Shown here piece by piece: positions 52,063 through 63,200 of a stretch of DNA of 64,000 bases. Made by a program: the position numbers and the translations under genes. Below the pieces are notes generated by a model, which saw only the letters and a list, made by a program, of their open reading frames with translations, did not search any database and was not told where the DNA came from. Source of the DNA: Glycera tridactyla. Taxonomy: Eukaryota. The stretch lies in assembly GCA_965644265.1 (NCBI GenBank), contig OZ286460.1, positions 49,104,001-49,168,000 of the forward strand, given 5' to 3'. Each line of letters opens with the position of its first letter. Positions within the stretch are counted from its first letter, which is position 1.

Positions 52063-55011
52063 TCATTTTCTAAAGTGGGCTGCTCTCCAGTTCCTACATG
52101 TCATTTTAGTCTCCGGAGTTCTGTCCATTGTGTTTAGGCCCATTGGTAATTGTGTTCTGAGACGTTGTATCCAGTGCATCTCGATATGGTCTCTGAGATT
52201 TTTAGCTCGGGGGCTCGTGGGGTCGGCATGGATGAAGTCTACTATATGTATCTTCATGTCTGTTCCCCCATTGTGGGATGGTCTATTGAAATGTCTACCC
52301 ACGTCTGTCTTTCTTTCTCCCCCTATGTCTGTCCAATGTCCTTGGAAACGATCCATAAGGCGTTTGTAGGTTTGGCCGACATATTGTTTATCGCATATAT
52401 TGCATGTTATGCAGTATATGAGATTGTTGGATTTACATGTCACACTCATCTTGGTTTTGTACGTGCGACCAGTGAAGGTACTCTTGATTTCCCCGCTAGT
52501 ATCTAGGGCCGAACAGTACCTACATTCCTTTCGTATGCATTTATTAGTGGTAGATGCGAGGGGTACGGCACTAGGTGTTGCTTCCACCAGGGGTTTTAAT
52601 TGAGATCTCACTAATATATCTTTTAAATTCATAGTCCGTTTGTAGCCCGTAATCAATTTGGCTTTGGCTAACTCTTTGGTTGTGGATGATCTCTCAATAA
52701 TTCCCCAATTGCATTTCACAATTTTCTTAGCGTGATCATGATTGGGATAATATCTGGTAGTGAATGCAACTATCTCTTGTTTGGGTTCGTTTGTGTCTGG
52801 AGCCAACTCCACGGGTTGCAATAATTCACTCCTGGTTTTCTCCAGTGCACGATCTAAAGCTTTTTGTAATATTTCGATGGGGTATCCCCGTTTGTGGAAA
52901 TAATATAGTAGCATGCCACAATGTTTATCATGGTCTTCATCTCTACTGCAAATCCTGCGTATTCGCAAGAGTTGGCTGTATGGTAAACTCTCCTTTATAT
53001 GTCTTGGGTGTGATGATGTGTAATGTAGATAGCTATGGCTATCTGTGGGTTTACAATAAAGGTCTGACCACAGATCCTTATTTTCGAGGTGAATTGTTGT
53101 GTCCAGAAAGTGTACTTGGTTAGTGGAACTTTCCAGAGTGAATTTTATTGTGGTATGTACCCCATTTAGGTGTTCCACGAATTTATTCAATTCATCTTCA
53201 CCATGTGTCCAGATTCCAAAGATATCATCTAGGAACCTGAGCCACATCTTAGGTTGTTTCTCATAGGGGTATACATATTTTGTTTCAAAGTCATCCATAA
53301 ATATATTCGCTAAGCTAGGGGCAACTCTGGTCCCCATTGCAGTCCCTCCAACTTGTAAGTAATTTTTCCCATTGAATTGGAAGTTATTCAATGTGAGAAC
53401 AAGTTCTAGAAGTTCTAGAAGGCTGGTGTTGAATGGCGTGACCCCATTCTTCCTATATTTATCTAAATAATATCTCACTGCCTGTATACCTCCATCATGT
53501 GGTATATTGGTATAAAGGCTGGTTACATCTAAGGTGAACAGAATTATATCATCCTCTTCTGTTAGTGATATATTCTGGATCTTTGTAAGAAAGTCAGTGG
53601 TGTCTCTTACATATGATCTGATTTCCTTTAATGATGGTTGTAGGAAATGGTCCACAAACTGAGAGATTCTCTCGGTTGGACAGGCATTTGCCGAGATGAT
53701 AGGACGTCCCGGTGGTGGATTTTTGTTTTTATGAATTTTGGGTAATAAATATAGTTGGGCGGTTCTGGGTTCAGTTATTTTCAAGTATTTTTGAGTATCT
53801 GGATGTATTTCTCCAGATTGTTGCATTTCGTCCACCTTGTTGTGGACTCTATTATTGTGATCTGAAGTGGGGTCATGATCTAAGTCCTGGTAGAAATTCT
53901 TATCTGAGAGTTGTCTCTCAGCTTCCTTGATATAATCGGTACGATTCTGGATTACTACAGCCGAGCCTTTATCTGCTTTTTTAATAATGATAGAATTATT
54001 ATTCTTAAGATCTTTTATAGCAATTTCTTCCTCTCTAGTCACATTCCTTGGGTGTGGATTATACGTTGGGATGGTTGCCATATAGAGTTCATTTGCCATA
54101 GTCATTGCTAAGACTGCCTCTGGGATCTTTGTCGGATCTTTGGTGGATTTCTCCCTAAATTTCATATGTTGGAAGCCATTCACAAATCTCGTGATCCCGC
54201 TCTCTATTCTCAATATATTCTCTGGTGTATTTGGAATATAGTCTGATGTGGAGGGTTGTATTGGAGTTTGTTCCATCGGATCGGTTGGTTGGGAGCTACC
54301 AATACGTGTTTGTTGTCTGGTATTCACCTGACTAGCTAAAGATATCTGGGAACGGCGTGGTCTCCCCCGTTTCGGGCGAGTACCTGCTCCTCTTCTTTCA
54401 TTGTCGTTCCCAAAACTGAGGGTGCGTCCCCCCGCTGAAAGCCCTTCTAGTGTTTTAGCTTTCTCATTCAGGAAATGGGCTTTCCATCTAACGTTGTGGT
54501 GAAACTTGTCCAGATCCTCTTTAATTTCTCCTACATCAGGTTCACCCGGGGTTGGGCAAAAAGTTAAACCTTTGGATAACAGTGATATGTGATGCTCATT
54601 GAGTACCAGATCCGATAGGTTGACAACAAGTTTGCTGGCAGTATCTGTAATGAAACAATCTGACTCCATGTAATTTGAAATTAGTTTTATTACATTGGTG
54701 TTCAAAGCATTAATCTCATGGTCATTGGAGTTGTTCACATTACTGTCAAGCGGAGATATTCTTTGGCTTTCATACTCATGTGATTGGTATATCGTCCATT
54801 CTGTGCAAAGAGGATTTTCACACATATTTTTCATTTTCAACATGTCCGGGCTGTAAACATGGGATGAGCACAAAGGAACAACAGTGTCATCTTGAACTAT
54901 ATAGCGCGACATGATGGGTGGTTTCGTAATGTCATAGATGGGAATAAGTTCACCATGAGTAGAAATTGATTCATGTATTACATCGGGCGTAGCCCTCTGA
55001 TCATTTGCCAT
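52063..55011 (-). CDS. PLE ORF2: reverse transcriptase + GIY-YIG endonuclease, 982 aa, intact
   Basis: VVNLS...KGLTFCPT, KKADKG, LYLLPKIHK, GRPIIS, LDVTSLYTNIP, GTAMGT..AP, RFLDDIF, YLHYTSSHP; CIRKECRYC linker; NLIYCITC..CDKQYVGQT, RLMDRF..H, IE.HWI, GLN. Confidence 0.95.
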   Translation of the reverse strand: MANDQRATPDVIHESISTHGELIPIYDITKPPIMSRYIVQDDTVVPLCSSHVYSPDMLKMKNMCENPLCTEWTIYQSHEYESQRISPLDSNVNNSNDHEINALNTNVIKLISNYMESDCFITDTASKLVVNLSDLVLNEHHISLLSKGLTFCPTPGEPDVGEIKEDLDKFHHNVRWKAHFLNEKAKTLEGLSAGGRTLSFGNDNERRGAGTRPKRGRPRRSQISLASQVNTRQQTRIGSSQPTDPMEQTPIQPSTSDYIPNTPENILRIESGITRFVNGFQHMKFREKSTKDPTKIPEAVLAMTMANELYMATIPTYNPHPRNVTREEEIAIKDLKNNNSIIIKKADKGSAVVIQNRTDYIKEAERQLSDKNFYQDLDHDPTSDHNNRVHNKVDEMQQSGEIHPDTQKYLKITEPRTAQLYLLPKIHKNKNPPPGRPIISANACPTERISQFVDHFLQPSLKEIRSYVRDTTDFLTKIQNISLTEEDDIILFTLDVTSLYTNIPHDGGIQAVRYYLDKYRKNGVTPFNTSLLELLELVLTLNNFQFNGKNYLQVGGTAMGTRVAPSLANIFMDDFETKYVYPYEKQPKMWLRFLDDIFGIWTHGEDELNKFVEHLNGVHTTIKFTLESSTNQVHFLDTTIHLENKDLWSDLYCKPTDSHSYLHYTSSHPRHIKESLPYSQLLRIRRICSRDEDHDKHCGMLLYYFHKRGYPIEILQKALDRALEKTRSELLQPVELAPDTNEPKQEIVAFTTRYYPNHDHAKKIVKCNWGIIERSSTTKELAKAKLITGYKRTMNLKDILVRSQLKPLVEATPSAVPLASTTNKCIRKECRYCSALDTSGEIKSTFTGRTYKTKMSVTCKSNNLIYCITCNICDKQYVGQTYKRLMDRFQGHWTDIGGERKTDVGRHFNRPSHNGGTDMKIHIVDFIHADPTSPRAKNLRDHIEMHWIQRLRTQLPMGLNTMDRTPETKMTCRNWRAAHFRK

Positions 55012-57864
55012 TCGGCGGCTGTGATAGCCACCTTGAATTTCGGTGCCATATTTTGGCGCTGGTTTGTGTCTGCCAAGGGAGTTGGGCCCTGGGTGGAAGT
55101 TGTTGAAGGTGTTCTCTGGGCTCCCAAAAATTGGTTGGAAGATGTTTGTATTGGTTGTGGTTGGTATGCACGGTTCCCCTGCCCCTTCCATATTGGTACT
55201 GGTTCTGGTATTGTTGGGTGTTCGGCTGTATTGTATTGTATGTGGGTGCACGTGTCGCGTTGTATCCAACGCTCGATCTCTGATAAGGGCGAGGGCGCCC
55301 CCCACGTCCACGGCCCCGCCCACGTGGAAAACCCCGATTACCACGATTTTGTCCCTGATTGTAATCTGAGCGGAAATTCCCCCCAAGGTTGGAATACTGG
55401 GATGTTGGTTGACCCCAGTTACGATTGTTGAATGAGGGTGTTTGGCGGGGTCCTTGGTTATTGGTCTGGGCTATCTGTTGGTAGCCCTGTTCTACTTGGG
55501 CTTCAGTGGTGGCGTCATTGGTACTAGTGTTAGTATTGGCAAATCCCTGAGTGGCCTTGTTCTTAGGGATTTGTTGGTATCTCAACGGGAATGGAATCTG
55601 GGATCCATTGTTCTGTGCAGATTCAGTTTTCCTTTGGGGGCCAGTGAGGAATGGGCCACTGGTGAAGGGGTCCTTTTTGGGTCCCAGATTGGATGGCGGC
55701 TCAATCCACTGTTCCCAGATGAAGTTTTCGGTTATGTCTATGGCATTGCATTCAGTTTCAAGATTGGTCATTGCAGTGAGTGAGCTTTCTGTGTCTCGCG
55801 CAACCAAGAATGATGTGTAATCTTTTAGATATTCGAACCCAGCTATGTCATCGCCAAATGCATGCTTAATCGCAGACAATTGAGCTGCACCGGCGGCCGC
55901 CTCTTCTTGATACTCCTCCTCGAGCATGTCCCCCATCAGATTCATGAATCCGGTGGAACATGCCCGAGCGAATCTTCCCATCAGTTCTCTATTCCTTGTA
56001 GTTTTGCGAATGTAGTTGGGCGCTCGCCCAACATGGTACGCATAGATGGGGACTTTCCCCGTTTCAGACATGGACCCAAAGAATGTGGACCTTATCTTTG
56101 CCTTGGTCTCTGGGTGTGCCGGGCACTTCGCCACAATTTTGAGATAGCTGGAGGCATAATCGTATTCGGATCTGTGGATTCAAATATTGATATCATCTCT
56201 GGGGTCCATCGCGTTCCATCTGCATCATTCTCGTTGGTCACAATCTCCTCGGTGGCCACCTGTAAAAGAGCAGAAGGGTTATTAGGGGGGGCAGTGCCTC
56301 CCTGTGTTATTCTTTCATTGTTTATTTCATTCAATGCATTCTTCAGTGCATATTCAGTGATCATTGACGCCTGTCTGTCAGTATTTATTGATGATTGGTC
56401 ATCATTATTTAGTTCTTTCGCTATACTTTGTCTTTTTCCAAGTCTAGATGCAAGGGGGGTGTCCTGTTTTTGGTCCCGCTTGCGTTTTCGTAATTTCTTC
56501 TCTCTCTGGCCCAGAGGTGAGGTGATTGGGTCAAGATCTAATGGTTGGTCCTGCTCCATATTAAATTCTGGGTCAGCTAATATTTCATCTGGAGGGATTT
56601 TCTGACTGTTACATTCTAATAGTTCTGCTAGAATGTCTCTATTGTTCCTGTCCTGCTCTTGTGTATTCATAGACTCGATATTGTCTATTGAATTTAATTC
56701 AGGATTGGACATGGTATTTGAACAAGGTGAACCTAATGTAATTGCTTCCATTAGATTTTTGTCTCCCCTCTCATCTTGATTGTGCTCTATGATGAGATTG
56801 GGGGCTGATTGGCATGAGGAAGCTGCTGTGTCTTCCTCTATTAAATTTCTAAAGGCTGCTAGTTGCAGTCTTTGTGCTCCAAATAGACGGGCTCTGCTGT
56901 TCTTCCTTTTTTGAATGTTGCTCCTACTTTTACCATGTATATTCTCAATTATTTTTGAGAAATCCATGTCCGTCTGTTTGCTGGAGCAGTGGGACAGAAT
57001 AGATCCTGTCCCAGCAATAGTAAATGACGTGGATGCGCCATCTGGTGGGAGCTTATCCATCCATGGTCCGGATGGTCCCATATGGGCAGGGGGGAATAAT
57101 TCCCTCTTACCAGATTCTTTGTTTTTATTTCTTTTATCAATGTTCTGTGTGATCAAGGGTTCGTCACCAGATTCTGGTGGCGGAGATTTCTGATTTTTAT
57201 TATTGTAGGTTTTTGGTTGTTCAAGGGTTGGTGGGTTCATTATTGGTGGGTTGCCACCCGAGGTTTGTGCCTCAGGAATTACTGGCATTGCCCTTGGGGT
57301 ATTTGAAGTACTGTTTGGTTGTGATAGTTCAATCATAATCACTGGTGGCGATTGTTGGGCTGTGAGGTTGGAAATTAATTCCAATCTCCTCTTTTGGATA
57401 TAATTATGGGCCCAACAATTTACGGTCCTTCTCTTATGGTCGGGAACTTTGTTCCGGCCAATATTGGGAGTAGGCCCATTGGGCCCGCTCTTTGAAGGCT
57501 TTATTTGTACTTCAATTTCCAACTCACCATGTGCAAGTGAGATTTTCTTTGATTTTGGCATTTTCTTGCCTGATTTACTCACGTTGCTCTCCTGTATTTG
57601 GAGTTCATTAGCATTGTTGTTGATGTCACTTTCGTTTTCGGTGTGACGCCTGTCCATCTCCGGGTCAGTTGGAGCACGTTGCTCCAAGGAGCCTGTCGAG
57701 GGGGCGGCGTCACTTGTCAAAATTTCTGGCTCGGCGGACGCGTCGGCCGGATTTTCTTGCGAAGTGGACGCAAGTTTTGGCCAAGAATCGTCCAACGGCC
57801 AGAAGGTCGGGGCTCGGTCCTGATTGCCCGTGAGGCAATCCAGAAAATGCCGTTTGGCAGACAT
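54978..57864 (-). CDS. PLE ORF1, ~960 aa when two single-base shifts are repaired; function unknown
   Basis: ORFs 57864-56092 and 56134-55001 overlap at an A4 run (~56135). Copy C has one extra G at ~60809, and with it the frame runs to a TAA overlapping the ORF2 ATG. Disordered N-half, helical core, Gln/Asn/RGG-rich tail. Confidence 0.72.
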
Positions 57865-57878
57865 TCTGTGGTAAAATG

Positions 57879-60282
57879 TGATGGTTTACGTGGCAAAGGT
57901 CTGCTCTCAACGAAAACTGTGCGACCGATTGGCGCGTTCGTTCCGCGCGACGCCTTATAAAGCCAGTGTCAACGCTCCATGGTAACTAACGGCGGCGTCC
58001 CGAGTTACGTGACGTCACGGGCTGCATGCTCCAAAAATAAATCCCATCTTATTGATGGGACTTTTTAGGTTGCATTCCTGACTGCCAGGCAGGTCAAAAA
58101 CAGCCCTATCGGATCATTTTTGTGGTCCAATTAGACCAGAAAAATAGGTCCAGCCATGATTATCGGTTTCGGGAGCATTGTCCCTCTTCAGGCACTCTTG
58201 ATTTCTATATCGGTCATTGTCTACCAACAGTGCTCCATTGGGGCACAGAGAAATCCAGTGTGAACTGTATCTCCCTTATAGGCTTTTCCTATTTCAGTTG
58301 TTGGTTTCATGAGCCATATATGGCCCTGGTAATCCATGGGATTCTCCTTGGATTACTTATTATCCCTATATTTATTAAGGGTTTACCCATTGGGTCTTCG
58401 ATCCCACCACGGTGTGGCAGGTAATGTCGGTCCCCTATTCGGTGTCCTAGGACACTGTGCAAGGCGCTGGGGTCACGGCTACCCCGTTAGGAATCAAAGT
58501 CATGAGTTATTAATAAAGAATGTGGATACGTGGCTATTCATGACTATGGTTCCCCAATTGTGGGATATTAGGTCATATCCCCGAGCCTAATTGTAGTTAA
58601 GCCCTCCCCGACTTGGGCAGTATTCATTTTCTAAAGTGGGCTGCTCTCCAGTTCCTACATGTCATTTTAGTCTCCGGAGTTCTGTCCATTGTGTTTAGGC
58701 CCATTGGTAATTGTGTTCTGAGACGTTGTATCCAGTGCATCTCGATATGGTCTCTGAGATTTTTAGCTCGGGGGCTCGTGGGGTCGGCATGGATGAAGTC
58801 TACTATATGTATCTTCATGTCTGTTCCCCCATTGTGGGATGGTCTATTGAAATGTCTACCCACGTCTGTCTTTCTTTCTCCCCCTATGTCTGTCCAATGT
58901 CCTTGGAAACGATCCATAAGGCGTTTGTAGGTTTGGCCGACATATTGTTTATCGCATATATTGCATGTTATGCAGTATATGAGATTGTTGGATTTACATG
59001 TCACACTCATCTTGGTTTTGTACGTGCGACCAGTGAAGGTACTCTTGATTTCCCCGCTAGTATCTAGGGCCGAACAGTACCTACATTCCTTTCGTATGCA
59101 TTTATTAGTGGTAGATGCGAGGGGTACGGCACTAGGTGTTGCTTCCACCAGGGGTTTTAATTGAGATCTCACTAATATATCTTTTAAATTCATAGTCCGT
59201 TTGTAGCCCGTAATCAATTTGGCTTTGGCTAACTCTTTGGTTGTGGATGATCTCTCAATAATTCCCCAATTGCATTTCACAATTTTCTTAGCGTGATCAT
59301 GATTGGGATAATATCTGGTAGTGAATGCAACTATCTCTTGTTTGGGTTCGTTTGTGTCTGGAGCCAACTCCACGGGTTGCAATAATTCACTCCTGGTTTT
59401 CTCCAGTGCACGATCTAAAGCTTTTTGTAATATTTCGATGGGGTATCCCCGTTTGTGGAAATAATATAGTAGCATGCCACAATGTTTATCATGGTCTTCA
59501 TCTCTACTGCAAATCCTGCGTATTCGCAAGAGTTGGCTGTATGGTAAACTCTCCTTTATATGTCTTGGGTGTGATGATGTGTAATGTAGATAGCTATGGC
59601 TATCTGTGGGTTTACAATAAAGGTCTGACCACAGATCCTTATTTTCGAGGTGAATTGTTGTGTCCAGAAAGTGTACTTGGTTAGTGGAACTTTCCAGAGT
59701 GAATTTTATTGTGGTATGTACCCCATTTAGGTGTTCCACGAATTTATTCAATTCATCTTCACCATGTGTCCAGATTCCAAAGATATCATCTAGGAACCTG
59801 AGCCACATCTTAGGTTGTTTCTCATAGGGGTATACATATTTTGTTTCAAAGTCATCCATAAATATATTCGCTAAGCTAGGGGCAACTCTGGTCCCCATTG
59901 CAGTCCCTCCAACTTGTAAGTAATTTTTCGCATTGAATTGGAAGTTATTCAATGTGAGATCAAGTTCTAGAAGTTCTAGAAGGCTGGTGTTGAATGGCGT
60001 GACCCCATTCTTCCTATATTTATCTAAATAATATCTCACTGCCTGTATACCTCCATCATGTGGTATATTGGTATAAAGGCTGGTTACATCTAAGGTGAAC
60101 AGAATTATATCATCCTCTTCTGTTAGTGATATATTCTGGATCTTTGTAAGAAAGTCAGTGGTGTCTCTTACATATGATCTGATTTCCTTTAATGATGGTT
60201 GTAGGAAATGGTCCACGAACTGAGAGATTCTCTCGGTTGGACAGGCATTTGCCGAGATGATAGGACGTCCCGGTGGTGGATT
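57879..60282 (-). mobile_element. PLE unit B: 3' 2.4 kb of the same element in direct tandem (pseudo-LTR of unit A)
   Basis: Matches 51318-53721 with only scattered substitutions (e.g. LELDLT vs LELVLT). Confidence 0.93.
57919..58195 (-). ncRNA. Second copy of the interrupted hammerhead ribozyme (unit B), ~58 nt upstream of the ORF1 ATG of unit A
   Basis: Same core and stems as 51358-51634, offset 6561. Confidence 0.8.
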
Positions 60283-63200
60283 GAGCTGCCATCCAATCTG
60301 GGACCCAAAAAGGACCCCTTCACCAGTGGCCCATTCCTCACTGGCCCCCAAAGGAAAACTGAATCTGCACAGAACAATGGATCCCAGATTCCATTCCCGT
60401 TAAGATACCAACAAATCCCTAAGAACAAGGCCACTCAGGGATTTGCCAATACTAACACTAGTACCAATGACGCCACCACTGAAGCCCAAGTAGAACAGGG
60501 CTACCAACAGATAGCCCAGACCAATAACCAAGGACCCCCCCAAACACCCTCATTCAACAATCGTAACTGGGGTCAACCAACATCCCAGTATTCCAACCTT
60601 GGGGGGAATTTCCGCTCAGATTACAATCAGGGACAAAATCGTGGTAATCGGGGTTTTCCACATGGGCGGGGCCGTGGACGTGGGGGGCGCCCTCGCCCTT
60701 ATCAGAGATCGAGCGTTGGATACAACGCGACACGTGCACCCACATACAATACAATACAGCCGAACACCCAACAATACCAGAACCAGTACCAATATGGAAG
60801 GGGCAGGGGGAACCGTGCATACCAACCACAACCAATACAAACATCTTCCAACCAATTTTTGGGAGCCCAGAGAACACCTTCAACAACTTCCACCCAGGGC
60901 CCAACTCCCTCGGCAGACACAAACCAGCGCCAAAATATGGCACCGAAATTCAAGGAGGCTATCACAGCCGCCGAATGGCAAATGATCAGAGGGCTACACC
61001 CGATGTAATACATGAATCAATTTCTACTCATGGTGAACTTATTCCCATCTATGACATTACGAAACCACCCATCATGTCGCGCTATATAGTTCAAGATGAC
61101 ACTGTTGTTCCTTTGTGTTCATCCCATGTTTACAGCCCGGACATGTTGAAAATGAAAAATATGTGTGAAAATCCTCTTTGCACAGAATGGACGATATACC
61201 AATCACATGAGTATGAAAGCCAAAGAATATCTCCGCTTGACAGTAATGTGAACAACTCCAATGACCATGAGATTAATGCTTTGAACACCAATGTAATAAA
61301 ACTAATTTCAAATTACATGGAGTCAGATTGTTTCATTACAGATACTGCCAGCAAACTTGTTGTCAACCTATCGGATCTGGTACTCAATGAGCATCACATA
61401 TCACTGTTATCCAAAGGTTTAACTTTTTGCCCAACCCGGGGTGAACCTGATGTAGGAGAAATTAAAGAGGATCTGGACAAGTTTCACCACAACGTTAGAT
61501 GGAAAGCCCATTTCCTGAATGAGAAAGCTAAAACACTAGAAGGGCTTTCAGCGGGGGGACGCACCCTCAGTTTTGGGAACGACAATGAAAGAAGAGGAGC
61601 AGGTACTCGCCCGAAACGGGGGAGACCACGCCGTTCCCAGATATCTTTAGCTAGTCAGGTGAATACCAGACAACAAACACGTATTGGTAGCTCCCAACCA
61701 ACCGATCCGATGGAACAAACTCCAATACAACCCTCCACATCAGACTATATTCCAAATACACCAGAGAATATATTGAGAATAGAGAGCGGGATCACGAGAT
61801 TTGTGAATGGCTTCCAACATATGAAATTTAGGGAGAAATCCACCAAAGATCCGACAAAGATCCCAGAGGCAGTCTTAGCAATGACTATGGCAAATGAACT
61901 CTATATGGCAACCATCCCAACGTATAATCCACACCCAAGGAATGTGACTAGAGAGGAAGAAATTGCTATAAAAGATCTTAAGAATAATAATTCTATCATT
62001 ATTAAAAAAGCAGATAAAGGCTCGGCTGTAGTAATCCAGAATCGTACCGATTATATCAAGGAAGCTGAGAGACAACTCTCAGATAAGAATTTCTACCAGG
62101 ACTTAGATCATGACCCCACTTCAGATCACAATAATAGAGTCCACAACAAGGTGGACGAAATGCAACAATCTGGAGAAATACATCCAGATACTCAAAAATA
62201 CTTGAAAATAACTGAACCCAGAACCGCCCGACTATATTTATTACCCAAAATTCATAAAAACAAAAATCCACCACCGGGACGTCCTATCATCTCGGCAAAT
62301 GCCTGTCCAACCGAGAGAATCTCTCAGTTTGTGGACCATTTCCTACAACCATCATTAAAGGAAATCAGATCATATGTAAGAGACACCACTGACTTTCTTA
62401 CAAAGATCCAGAATATATCACTAACGGAAGAGGATGATATGATTCTGTTCACCTTAGATGTAACCAGCCTTTATACCAATATACCACATGATGGAGGTAT
62501 ACAGGCAGTGAGATATTATTTAGATAAATATAGGAAGAATGGGGTCACGCCATTCAACACCAGCCTTCTAGAACTTCTAGAACTTGTTCTCACATTGAAT
62601 AACTTCCAATTCAATGGGAAAAATTACTTACAAGTTGGAGGGACTGCAATGGGGACCAGAGTTGCCCCTAGCTTAGCGAATATATTTATGGATGACTTTG
62701 AAACAAAATATGTATACCCCTATGAGAAACAACCTAAGATGTGGCTCAGGTTCCTAGATGATATCTTTGGAATCTGGACACATGGTGAAGATGAATTGAA
62801 TAAATTCGTGGAACACCTAAATGGGGTACATACCACAATAAAATTCACTCTGGAAAGTTCCACTAACCAAGTACACTTTCTGGACACAACAATTCACCTC
62901 GAAAATAAGGATCTGTGGTCAGACCTTTATTGTAAACCCACAGATAGCCATAGCTATCTACATTACACATCATCACACCCAAGACATATAAAGGAGAGTT
63001 TACCATACAGCCAACTCTTGCGAATACGCAGGATTTGCAGTAGAGATGAAGACCATGATAAACATTGTGGCATGCTACTATATTATTTCCACAAACGGGG
63101 ATACCCCATCGAAATATTACAAAAAGCTTTAGATCGTGCACTGGAGAAAACCAGGAGTGAATTATTGCAACCCGTGGAGTTGGCTCCAGACACAAACGAA

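Larger units (their letters stand above)
51318..57878 (-). mobile_element. Penelope-like element (Neptune-type), full 6561-bp unit A, two ORFs
   Basis: The sequence restarts identically at 57879 (period 6561; ORF2 stops at 52063 and 58624). RT + C-terminal GIY-YIG with a Cys-rich linker; the 3' end abuts (TA)n. Confidence 0.92.

Noticed and set aside
51561-53123. Plus-strand ORFs opposite the PLE (repeated at 58122-59684 and on the minus strand at 62863-63934)
   Set aside because: They are antisense shadows of the RT/GIY-YIG frame or UTR, with no motifs; they recur only because the copies are near-identical.
55012-55386. 1107-aa start for PLE ORF2 in unit A
   Set aside because: The extension depends on a one-base difference in a G run, and copy C gives 982 aa starting at the MANDQ ATG.
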